From an uncultured virus (IMG/VR IMGVR_UViG_3300025070_000011) (Duplodnaviria > Heunggongvirae > Uroviricota > Caudoviricetes), in IMG/VR virus record IMGVR_UViG_3300025070_000011: DNA of 20,000 nucleotides. One strand, 5' to 3'. Of this stretch, positions 1 to 6,941 are shown piece by piece. Position 1 is the stretch's first letter. Each line of letters starts with the position of its first letter. The position numbers and the translations under genes were made by a program. The notes beneath the pieces were generated by a model, which was not told where the DNA came from, did no database searches, and saw only the letters and a list, made by a program, of their open reading frames with translations.

Positions 1-317
1 CCCCACACGGGCAAGTGCCATCTCACGTTGACAATCCTGCGTATGGTAGAAGAACTGGAATTGTTTTTCCAATAACACCATACGACCCAGACAAGTGGGC
101 TCCCTGTAAGGTTGGAATACCGGAACCCGACACGGATTGTGAGTTTCATTCCTGCTATGCCTTCTCTACTGACGCCCGACATGAGGTTTACAACAATGAA
201 TATGTCCGCTCAATGGTGCAAATCTGGGTAGATTTAGACTGTTCAGAGGTCTATGACAGGTTCAAAACGGAAAAACTTTTTAAGCCATTGAATTCTAAGG
301 ATTTCTTTTTCGTTTAA
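1..317 (+). CDS. 3' part of a putative 2OG-Fe(II) oxygenase-like (double-stranded beta-helix) protein, truncated by the window start
   Basis: Frame is open from position 3 (PHGQVPSHVD...). HxD (HVD), a distal His (RHEV) and a downstream Arg (VRSMVQI) match the pattern of phage 2OG-Fe(II) oxygenases. Confidence 0.55.
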   Translation, partial: PHGQVPSHVDNPAYGRRTGIVFPITPYDPDKWAPCKVGIPEPDTDCEFHSCYAFSTDARHEVYNNEYVRSMVQIWVDLDCSEVYDRFKTEKLFKPLNSKDFFFV

Positions 318-376
318 AATCAATGACTTACAAAAAAATCAAATTTTTTTTATTCTCCTTATAAATCAACAACTTA
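281..376. promoter_or_regulatory. Cluster of IHF-type binding sites (WATCAANNNNTTR)
   Basis: Exact matches AATCAATGACTTA (318-330) and AATCAACAACTTA (364-376). One-mismatch site on the minus strand at 281-293 (ATTCAATGGCTTA). A/T tracts at 332-351. Confidence 0.65.
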
Positions 377-391
377 CAGACCCCACTAGAC

Positions 392-420
392 TTGACATCT
401 GCCCCGATAGCTGTCATAAT
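392..420 (+). promoter_or_regulatory. Sigma70-type early promoter
   Basis: TTGACA (392-397), 17 bp spacer, extended -10 TG-n-CATAAT (412-420). Confidence 0.85.
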
Positions 421-457
421 AGGTGTGTAAATTGAGTTGAGAGAGGTTTTTTGGTTA

Positions 458-853
458 ATGTTTCGATTGTTTCAGTTAGACATCCCCCGCGAAGAGTTCA
501 ACGCCGTCAATCGGTTGGGTTGGACCGAGGCGATGTCACAGTTTCCCCGCGTCGAGGCTCACATGGCATTGTCCACTGGTGGTTCCGATGCCTATGTGAC
601 CGAGTACGATCAGTACTTCAAACATGTTGCTGACATCGATGTGAATGACCCCGAAAAGGCATTCCTTGTTCACAACAATCCACATGGTCGCACCGATCTT
701 GAGTGGCTTGTTGTTCGATACGGACCCCAACATTCGATGTCAGTTGGTGACATTCTCGTTGGTGAGTATGGCGAAGTTCTCATGGTAGACAATTCTGGTT
801 TCACTCAGTTGATGTCTTCCTACGTTGGTGCTGATGTTGCGGAGGTTGCGTAA
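458..853 (+). CDS. YodL-like domain protein (early gene)
   Basis: C-terminal HSMSVGDILV...MVDNSGF resembles the YodL-like signature. ATG 458 is preferred over TTG 437 because GAGG lies at 443-446. Confidence 0.6.
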   Translation: MFRLFQLDIPREEFNAVNRLGWTEAMSQFPRVEAHMALSTGGSDAYVTEYDQYFKHVADIDVNDPEKAFLVHNNPHGRTDLEWLVVRYGPQHSMSVGDILVGEYGEVLMVDNSGFTQLMSSYVGADVAEVA

Positions 854-1008
854 TGGCTCAAGAATCTGAGTGTGTGTTGTGTGGTGAGAAGTTCAATGAG
901 TATGGCAACAATCCATACCCGTTGGCAGAAGAGGGTGAATGTTGCGACAGTTGCAACAATGATGTTATTTACGCTAGACTTGAGGAAATGATTCGTGACA
1001 CTAAGTAA
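853..1008 (+). CDS. Small Cys-rich, zinc-finger-like protein, 51 aa (not in the ORF track)
   Basis: MAQESECVLCGEKFNEYGNNPYPLAEEGECCDSCNNDVIYARLEEMIRDTK. CxxC...GNNPxP...CCxxC pattern; GGAGG upstream; TAATG overlap with the previous stop. Confidence 0.8.
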   Translation: MAQESECVLCGEKFNEYGNNPYPLAEEGECCDSCNNDVIYARLEEMIRDTK

Positions 1009-1141
1009 AGCAGGACGTATTATCAATGCCGAGGCTGAGTTCCTTGGCAAGACTTGGGATTGGGTGATGAATGCCATCGCCGCCAACCCAAACATGTTCC
1101 CCAATCGTGCTATTGAGGCACACAAGGTTTTGACATCATGA
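995..1141 (+). CDS. Hypothetical protein, 48 aa (not in the ORF track)
   Basis: GTG start with GAGG at 982-985. MTLSKAGRIINAEAEFLGKTWDWVMNAIAANPNMFPNRAIEAHKVLTS; ATGA overlap with the next gene; fills the gap exactly. Confidence 0.7.
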   Translation: MTLSKAGRIINAEAEFLGKTWDWVMNAIAANPNMFPNRAIEAHKVLTS

Positions 1142-1365
1142 AATTAGTATTCGCGTTGATCGTTCTGGTCAACAATTTACCCAACAACACCGATGGCATG
1201 TACTTTGTCAATGCCTCTGACTGTAACCAAATGGCTTTTGAGACCGAGACGGGTTATGCTGGTTCCGGCCCAGATGGTACTTCAAAGAGTTGGAAGTCCA
1301 ATGGTGTAAATATTCGTGCGTATTGCGAACCACGAATGGTAGAGAAAAATGCGAGGGCATTTTAA
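1138..1365 (+). CDS. Hypothetical protein with hydrophobic N-terminus and two Cys
   Basis: 75 aa ORF coupled to both neighbours (ATGA, TAATG); MKLVFALIVLV N-terminus. Confidence 0.7.
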   Translation: MKLVFALIVLVNNLPNNTDGMYFVNASDCNQMAFETETGYAGSGPDGTSKSWKSNGVNIRAYCEPRMVEKNARAF

Positions 1366-1655
1366 TGAAGTATTTTATTTGTGCATTTATGATGATGCCC
1401 ACAGTGGTATTTGCCCTGTCGCCAAAGATTCCGGTGCCTGAACCCGATCCAATTGTGATTTATTATCCAGATGGAAGCACTTATACTCTACGAGAAGGCG
1501 AAAACATCTTTGTGTCTGACTCAAATGTTCTCTTTGAAATCCTTGAAGAAGACGAAGACTTGCATCTCAAATCCAATCAGGTTTGGATGTATAGAGACTT
1601 TGATATGCATGTTGAAGAATGGATTCCAGAGCCCATATGGACTACAGGTGAATGA
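1365..1655 (+). CDS. Hypothetical exported protein
   Basis: Start at ATG 1365 (TAATG overlap, GAGGG upstream). Signal-peptide-like MKYFICAFMMMPTVVFA followed by an acidic body. Confidence 0.65.
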   Translation: MKYFICAFMMMPTVVFALSPKIPVPEPDPIVIYYPDGSTYTLREGENIFVSDSNVLFEILEEDEDLHLKSNQVWMYRDFDMHVEEWIPEPIWTTGE

Positions 1656-1849
1656 TGTCGCGTAGATACTTCAAAGAAATTACCAAGTGGGATAAGTGTG
1701 ATTATTCCGTCAAGAACCACACATATATATTTGAAGACTCAAAGTGTGTGGGATACATTAAGACTGGCACCAAAGAAGAAATTATATTTTCAAAATTCTC
1801 CCGCCAGTTCACGCGGAGTTATAGAAAATTTGTCGAGATTTACCCTTGA
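1652..1849 (+). CDS. Hypothetical phage protein
   Basis: 65 aa ORF with ATGA overlap; its TGA stop lies inside the next -35 box. Confidence 0.7.
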   Translation: MMSRRYFKEITKWDKCDYSVKNHTYIFEDSKCVGYIKTGTKEEIIFSKFSRQFTRSYRKFVEIYP

Positions 1850-1874
1850 CATTTTCTATCGTATTTGGTACTAT
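1846..1874 (+). promoter_or_regulatory. Sigma70-type promoter
   Basis: TTGACA (1846-1851), 17 bp, TG-n-TACTAT (1866-1874). Confidence 0.8.
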
Positions 1875-1894
1875 AAGTACTGATAGGAGAAACT

Positions 1895-2113
1895 ATGTCG
1901 CCATCTAGAGAACATTTGCAAAAAATTGCAGAGTTTATTAAGACCCTTCCCCCAGAACAGGTGGAAGTGGCACAAAACATATACGAAACGTACAGTTTTG
2001 TATCAAGACTGTTGGACCCAGAAGGGTTTGGTCTAGCAGTGTCCGCCGAAGTTAGGGATGAAGCAAGAAAGTGTCTTGGTATGCCAAAGGTAGAAACCAA
2101 GTTTTACCAATGA
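1895..2113 (+). CDS. Hypothetical phage protein
   Basis: 72 aa ORF with AGGAG Shine-Dalgarno, directly behind a promoter. Confidence 0.75.
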   Translation: MSPSREHLQKIAEFIKTLPPEQVEVAQNIYETYSFVSRLLDPEGFGLAVSAEVRDEARKCLGMPKVETKFYQ

Positions 2114-2118
2114 ATTTA

Positions 2119-2195
<77 letters not shown>

Positions 2196-2211
2196 ACATG
2201 AAAGGATAGTA

Positions 2212-2508
2212 ATGCCAACATACAAGTTTCATAATAAGAATACTGGAGATATGTGGGAAGACTTTATGGGTATATCCGCTGCGGATGAATACCTAAAAGA
2301 AAATCCTCATATTGAACGGATGGTTGCCGGTGCCCCAGGCTTAGTTGCTGGGCGCGGTGACCGCACCAAACCAGATGGAGGATTCAAGGAAGTCCTCTCA
2401 AAAATCGCAGAGTCTAATCCGACATCGGCTCTTGCAAATGATTATGGTAGAAAGGACGCCAAGTCGGTTGCAGTACGAAATATTACACAGAAATACCAAC
2501 CAAAATGA
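2212..2508 (+). CDS. FmdB-like small protein conserved in T4-like phages
   Basis: MPTYKF...TG...E.FMGIS...YLKENP N-terminus of FmdB-like phage proteins; the canonical Zn-binding Cys residues are absent. AAGGA SD. Confidence 0.6.
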   Translation: MPTYKFHNKNTGDMWEDFMGISAADEYLKENPHIERMVAGAPGLVAGRGDRTKPDGGFKEVLSKIAESNPTSALANDYGRKDAKSVAVRNITQKYQPK

Positions 2509-2518
2509 TATTTCTGTG

Positions 2519-2526
2519 TATAAATA
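2519..2526 (+). promoter_or_regulatory. T4-type late promoter
   Basis: Exact intergenic TATAAATA upstream of the 2564 gene. Confidence 0.8.
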
Positions 2527-2563
2527 ATTTTTGAACCCTGTGTTATTATTAGAGGAATTAAAT

Positions 2564-3460
2564 ATGAATAGGTTCATTACAGTCGCAACGCTTAGTCTAA
2601 TGGTTGCGTTTAACGTGGGGTGTGCTTCTGCCTCAGGAAGTGATTACTACGAAGCAATTCGCAAGACCGCAGAAGCTCAGGCTCTTGCATCCGAAGCGAA
2701 GTATCGTGCTCTTGCACAAGTCGCCGCAAGTGGTGATGGTCAGGCTGCATCCGCAGCTGTTATGGCTATCGCACTTTCTCAAGACAAAACTGTGACCCCG
2801 CAGTACGTTGAGTCTACCGCTCTGAAATGGGCGCAAGTTCTCACACCTACTGTTGGTACTCTCGGTCTTGGTTTGATTCAGGCCGGTGTTTCCAAAAATG
2901 CGTCTGACAACGCCTCCAAAGTCCAGATGGCAAGTATGGCTAGTAATGAAGCCATTCAACTTGGTCAACAGGGTATGGTCGGTGATTTGGTCGGTGATCT
3001 GAGTACTGGTTGGTCTACTAGTGCAGCTGCTGGTGGTGCCGCTACTGCTGAGATTGCAATTGCAGGATTCACTGCATTGAATACTGCGGGTGGCCAAACT
3101 GTTTCGTTGGGTGTTGCCGGTCTTGATGCTACGGAAAATGTCGCTACGGTTGGTATGAACAATATCACCCAGTTGGGTCAGGATGGTCTGACCACCGCCT
3201 CAACAATCGCCAATTTTGGCATGACAGGTATGCAAACGTTGGGTGTTGCCGGTATGGAGGGCATTGCAGATGTTTCCAATACTGGTATGACAAACCTTAC
3301 CACTCTTGGTGTAACGGGAATGGCTTTGGTTGACAGTCAAGGAAATAACTACGCTGATATCATTACTGATATGCAGAGTAGTATCGATTCCGCTATTGGT
3401 GAGTTGGCTACTCCAATCACTTGTAGTCCTGATGCAAATGGTGCGATGGTCTGTCAGTAA
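2564..3460 (+). CDS. Ala/Gly/Thr-rich putative lipoprotein with 11-residue repeats
   Basis: ATG 2564 with GAGGA SD. MNRFITVATLSLMVAFNVG-C is a lipoprotein-like signal; seven tandem 11-mers lie at 3092-3322; C-terminal Cys pair. Confidence 0.7.
   Translation: MNRFITVATLSLMVAFNVGCASASGSDYYEAIRKTAEAQALASEAKYRALAQVAASGDGQAASAAVMAIALSQDKTVTPQYVESTALKWAQVLTPTVGTLGLGLIQAGVSKNASDNASKVQMASMASNEAIQLGQQGMVGDLVGDLSTGWSTSAAAGGAATAEIAIAGFTALNTAGGQTVSLGVAGLDATENVATVGMNNITQLGQDGLTTASTIANFGMTGMQTLGVAGMEGIADVSNTGMTNLTTLGVTGMALVDSQGNNYADIITDMQSSIDSAIGELATPITCSPDANGAMVCQ
3092..3322 (+). repeat. Seven tandem 11-aa (33 nt) degenerate protein repeats ending in G[LM]
   Basis: GQTVSLGVAGL/DATENVATVGM/NNITQLGQDGL/TTASTIANFGM/TGMQTLGVAGM/EGIADVSNTGM/TNLTTLGVTGM. 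Confidence 0.8.
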
Positions 3461-3483
3461 TTACATCTAAAAGTGTGATAAAT

Positions 3484-3507
3484 AAGGGGGGTAACACCCC
3501 CTTTTTT
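3484..3507 (+). terminator. Rho-independent terminator
   Basis: AAGGGGG-GTAACA-CCCCCTT hairpin with a T6 tract, about 25 nt after the 3460 stop. Confidence 0.88.
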
Positions 3508-3535
3508 ATTGTGCCGACATATCATGGAGTAAATT

Positions 3536-4003
3536 ATGGCAAAAGAAGACAGTTTTGCAGGACACTATGCGTCCCTGTTTGACCCAAAAGAACTCAAACT
3601 TCTAGAAGATAAAGCTCAGAAGGAATTTCTCAAAGGTCAGGAATTATTTGAAACAAATATTGAAGAAGAAGAGGTCAAGGCCTTGTCCGAGGCATTGGCT
3701 ATTGACTACGCTGAAAAGTGGAAAGTCTATGCCCGCATGAAGGTTGCAGAAAGAAACTTTGAGCGGTCAGAGAATATTAGGGCAAGCCTTACTCAGAAGT
3801 TGATCCATGCAAATGCAAATCTTGAAGTTACACTCAAGACGTTGGAAGAAAAGAAGGTTGCAGTTGCATATGAATTGAGGGAGAAAGAGAAGGCCAAGAC
3901 ACTGGTAAGGGAACTGCGTGCCGAACTCAAGTCGCTGAAAAAACCTAAAGAGGTTTCAAAGCGTTCGGCCCCCGAAAAAAAGTCCGCGGCCAAAAACGCC
4001 TGA
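3536..4003 (+). CDS. Hypothetical coiled-coil protein
   Basis: 155 aa, GGAG SD, E/K/L-rich helical pattern, basic tail. Confidence 0.75.
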   Translation: MAKEDSFAGHYASLFDPKELKLLEDKAQKEFLKGQELFETNIEEEEVKALSEALAIDYAEKWKVYARMKVAERNFERSENIRASLTQKLIHANANLEVTLKTLEEKKVAVAYELREKEKAKTLVRELRAELKSLKKPKEVSKRSAPEKKSAAKNA

Positions 4004-4012
4004 GAGGTTTTT

Positions 4013-4020
4013 TATAAATA
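4013..4020 (+). promoter_or_regulatory. T4-type late promoter
   Basis: Exact TATAAATA; ATG follows after 5 nt. Confidence 0.85.
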
Positions 4021-4025
4021 ATGGT

Positions 4026-5285
4026 ATGTATAGTTTTTCATCATATTTAAAAGAAGATGCCCAAGGCAAGAATCTTCATCTAGAACACCTAGAAGACGAA
4101 ATCATTAATTTCGGAATAGGTGGGGCTAGAGGCGCAATTAACTTTTTACAGTCGTTGCGTGATATGCTTTCTGGTAGTTCTCGTTCATCTGTTCACATGA
4201 CTGTGAAATGGGATGGTGCGCCTGCGATATTCGCCGGCGTCGATCCTTCTGATGGAAAGTTCTTTGTCGCAAAGAAATCGGTATTCAATAAAACACCGTT
4301 ACTATACAAGACACGACAAGAAATTCAGTCTGACCCCAAACTTCCACAGGCACTCAAACCCACCTTTATTACTGCGCTTGATGAATTCAGTAAATTGGGT
4401 ATAAAGGGTGTCTTACAGGGTGATCTGATGTTTACTGGTAGCAGTCTAGAAACAGATACGATTGATGGCCAGCGATACACCACTTTTCAACCTAACACAA
4501 TCGTCTACGCAATTCCAAGTGGGTCTGAGTTGGATCGACAGATTCGTGCCGCGAAGATCGGCGTTGTGTGGCATACCACATATTCTGGTAACAGTCTACA
4601 AAATATGAGAGCGTCATTCGGTGCCAACATATCTGGATTGAAAAAAAGCAGAAGTGTGTGGATGGATGATGCCTCTTATAGAGACGAAAGTGGTACTGCT
4701 ACATTTACTAAATCAGAGACCGCATCTATAACTGCGAAACTTGCTGCGGCAGGTAGACTATTTCAAAACATTGACGCGGGACAACTAAAGACTTTTCTCC
4801 GCTTGCAATCTGCAATGGAGGGTTCTAGTCACACCGCTGGTGCTACACTCAAGACCTACAACAACTCAAAGGTTCGGGTCGGGAAAAAGGTTACCAATGT
4901 CCGACAACATGTGTCTGGATATGAAAAGTGGGTAGAAGAAAAATTCGATGCCGCAATCAACAAATTAAAAACGCCGGCGTCCAAAGATAAACTCGAAAAG
5001 AAAAAGAAAGAGACTATAAGAGAACTCAAAAAGTATGACAATCTGCTTATTAACGTGGTTGGTTTTCAAAACGAACTTGTCGAAGCAAAAATGCAGATCG
5101 TCACAAAACTAAACGGCATCAAACAGCTGATGAATACCTTTGTTCGCACCAAACAGGGATTCAAAGTAACTGCACCGGAAGGATATGTTGCGATTGACAG
5201 GGTTGGTGGCAACGCGGTGAAGTTGGTAGACCGCATGGAATTTAGTTACAACAACTTCACTGCGATAAAAAGTTGGGACAGATGA
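4026..5285 (+). CDS. Conserved T4-like phage protein (DUF6267-like) with ATP-dependent ligase/capping-type nucleotidyltransferase motifs
   Basis: HLEHLED N-terminus, TVKWDG (motif I KxDG, 4206-4217), LQGDLMF (motif III-like), PEGYVA (motif IV, EGYV at 5178-5189), VKLVDR (motif V-like). Confidence 0.7.
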   Translation: MYSFSSYLKEDAQGKNLHLEHLEDEIINFGIGGARGAINFLQSLRDMLSGSSRSSVHMTVKWDGAPAIFAGVDPSDGKFFVAKKSVFNKTPLLYKTRQEIQSDPKLPQALKPTFITALDEFSKLGIKGVLQGDLMFTGSSLETDTIDGQRYTTFQPNTIVYAIPSGSELDRQIRAAKIGVVWHTTYSGNSLQNMRASFGANISGLKKSRSVWMDDASYRDESGTATFTKSETASITAKLAAAGRLFQNIDAGQLKTFLRLQSAMEGSSHTAGATLKTYNNSKVRVGKKVTNVRQHVSGYEKWVEEKFDAAINKLKTPASKDKLEKKKKETIRELKKYDNLLINVVGFQNELVEAKMQIVTKLNGIKQLMNTFVRTKQGFKVTAPEGYVAIDRVGGNAVKLVDRMEFSYNNFTAIKSWDR

Positions 5286-5932
5286 GACTAAGAGAAGAAA
5301 AAGAAAAACATATGGTCTTTGCTTTCGGTAGGATGAATCCACCCACTGCCGGTCACAGTAAACTAGTGGATAAGGTTCACTCCCATGCAAAGTCTATTGG
5401 GGCTGACCACAGAGTTATCGTGAGCCACTCTCAAGATAAACACAAGAACCCTCTGACATCTGCACAGAAGACTCGTTATCTAAAGCACGTTCATCCGCAT
5501 GGGAAGTTTGAGGCATCCTCTAACTCGCAACCACATGTTTTTGCACACCTTGCAAAGATGCACAAAGAGGGACACACTCACGTTACTATGGTTGCCGGTT
5601 CTGACCGTGTACATGAATTTCACAAACTGATAAACAAGTACAACGGCAAGAAAGGTAGTCATGGATATTACAAATTCAAGAGTCTCAAAGTAGTCTCTGC
5701 TGGGGCCCGTGATCCAGACGCAACGGGTGTCGCCGGTATCAGTGGAACAAAGATGCGATCACACGCATCCAATAACGATTATAAATCCTTTAAGTCTGGT
5801 TTACATAAAAACACCTCACATGGCGAGGCAAAAAAACTATTCCATGCTACAAGAAAGGGAATGGGTCTCAAAGAGGGTCAAACTAGATTATCATTTGGAG
5901 CATTTTTAAATGAACAGAGAAGCAGTATTTGA
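5282..5932 (+). CDS. Cytidyltransferase-like (HxGH superfamily, NMNAT/CoaD-like) nucleotidyltransferase
   Basis: FAFGRMNPPTAGH (TxGH), KNPL, VAGSDR and ISGTKMR motifs; ATGA overlap with the upstream gene. Confidence 0.85.
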   Translation: MRLREEKEKHMVFAFGRMNPPTAGHSKLVDKVHSHAKSIGADHRVIVSHSQDKHKNPLTSAQKTRYLKHVHPHGKFEASSNSQPHVFAHLAKMHKEGHTHVTMVAGSDRVHEFHKLINKYNGKKGSHGYYKFKSLKVVSAGARDPDATGVAGISGTKMRSHASNNDYKSFKSGLHKNTSHGEAKKLFHATRKGMGLKEGQTRLSFGAFLNEQRSSI

Positions 5933-6353
5933 ACAACTAAAGATTGACGAGGGAGTAGAATACGAAATCTACCTCGACCATCTTGGATATCCTACCGTGG
6001 GTGTCGGCCACCTCATTTTAGAAGAAGATTACGAGTACGGAAAGGAAGTCGGTACTATGATTTCTGTTGAGAGATGTGAAGAGTTATTCTCACGCGATCT
6101 CGACACCTCTATCAGCGAATGTACTGCTTTGTATGGAGATGGATTTGGAGATTTTCCCGACGAGGTTCAACAGATATTGGTCAACATGATGTTCAATATG
6201 GGTAGAACCAGATTGTCCAAATTCAAAAACTTTAATGCTGCTATTGCTGAAGGAGATTGGAAAACTGCCGCAGTAGAGGGAAGAGATTCACTCTGGCATC
6301 GTCAGGTTACGAATAGGGCAGAAAGATTGATGGTGAGGATGGAAGAAGTATGA
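5910..6353 (+). CDS. T4-type lysozyme / endolysin (GH24)
   Basis: QLKIDEG...IYLDHLGYPTVGVGHL with catalytic E14-x8-D23-x5-T29; LVNMMFNMG and DSLWHRQVTNRAERL parallel T4 gpe. Confidence 0.93.
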   Translation: MNREAVFEQLKIDEGVEYEIYLDHLGYPTVGVGHLILEEDYEYGKEVGTMISVERCEELFSRDLDTSISECTALYGDGFGDFPDEVQQILVNMMFNMGRTRLSKFKNFNAAIAEGDWKTAAVEGRDSLWHRQVTNRAERLMVRMEEV

Positions 6354-6721
6354 GAGCCTTTTTAATTGGTGTTGTATTTTTGTCTATGGTAGGATGTTCT
6401 CAACTCACAGGATTTCTCCCCGACAAGTTTGACAGTACAGAATATGGTACATTGGTAGAACTCGCAATCGTATCAGAAAACACAAAAGACTGTGACCGAG
6501 ATGTGATGGAGTTTGCATGGGCAAAGAGTGCCTTCTTGCAAAAATATTCAGAACACACGATGAATGACAACAATGCGGCGATCTATACTCAAATCCATGA
6601 TCTAGTGAACGAACTGAAAATTAGACAGGAACCATCGCTTGGTTACTGTAGAATCAAGTGGGGAAACATTTCCTCTATTGTAGAAGAAGCATTAGTCATA
6701 TCTGGGAGTAGAATGAAATGA
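6350..6721 (+). CDS. Putative lipoprotein
   Basis: MRAFLIGVVFLSMVG-C lipobox; two further Cys; ATGA coupling to the lysozyme. Confidence 0.7.
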   Translation: MRAFLIGVVFLSMVGCSQLTGFLPDKFDSTEYGTLVELAIVSENTKDCDRDVMEFAWAKSAFLQKYSEHTMNDNNAAIYTQIHDLVNELKIRQEPSLGYCRIKWGNISSIVEEALVISGSRMK

Positions 6722-6933
6722 CAGAAGAACAACTCATAAAAAAATATTCCCAGAAAGTCCGTGAATTGAACGAACTCCTAGATACTGGAATGATATCTCA
6801 GGCAGAGTATGAAGAACTGGTGCAGGATTTTACTGATATCGAAACTATTCGTGATGACATTAAAGAAGAGGACATGAAAATTAAGGCGGCTAAAATCATA
6901 GACGCCATCTCCCATTTGATTAAAATATTATAA
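6718..6933 (+). CDS. Small SHOCT-like domain protein
   Basis: VRELNELLDTGMISQAEYEEL matches the SHOCT pattern LxxLxxxGxIsxxEy. Confidence 0.6.
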   Translation: MTEEQLIKKYSQKVRELNELLDTGMISQAEYEELVQDFTDIETIRDDIKEEDMKIKAAKIIDAISHLIKIL

Positions 6934-6936
6934 ATA
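6929..6936 (+). promoter_or_regulatory. T4-type late promoter
   Basis: Exact TATAAATA containing the upstream TAA stop; ATG 5 nt downstream. Confidence 0.85.
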
Positions 6937-6941
6937 GTCTT

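Noticed and set aside
360..367. TATAAATC as a late promoter
   Set aside because: One mismatch; better explained as part of the IHF-type site upstream of a sigma70 promoter.
3477..3484. GATAAATA as a late promoter for 3536-4003
   Set aside because: Mismatch at the first position and overlap with the terminator hairpin; possible but unsupported.
5282..5932. Complete NAD+ reconstitution pathway (NARP1/NARP2)
   Set aside because: No Nampt/Namat or PRPP-synthetase-like partner in the window, and nucleotidyltransferase specificity cannot be read from motifs.
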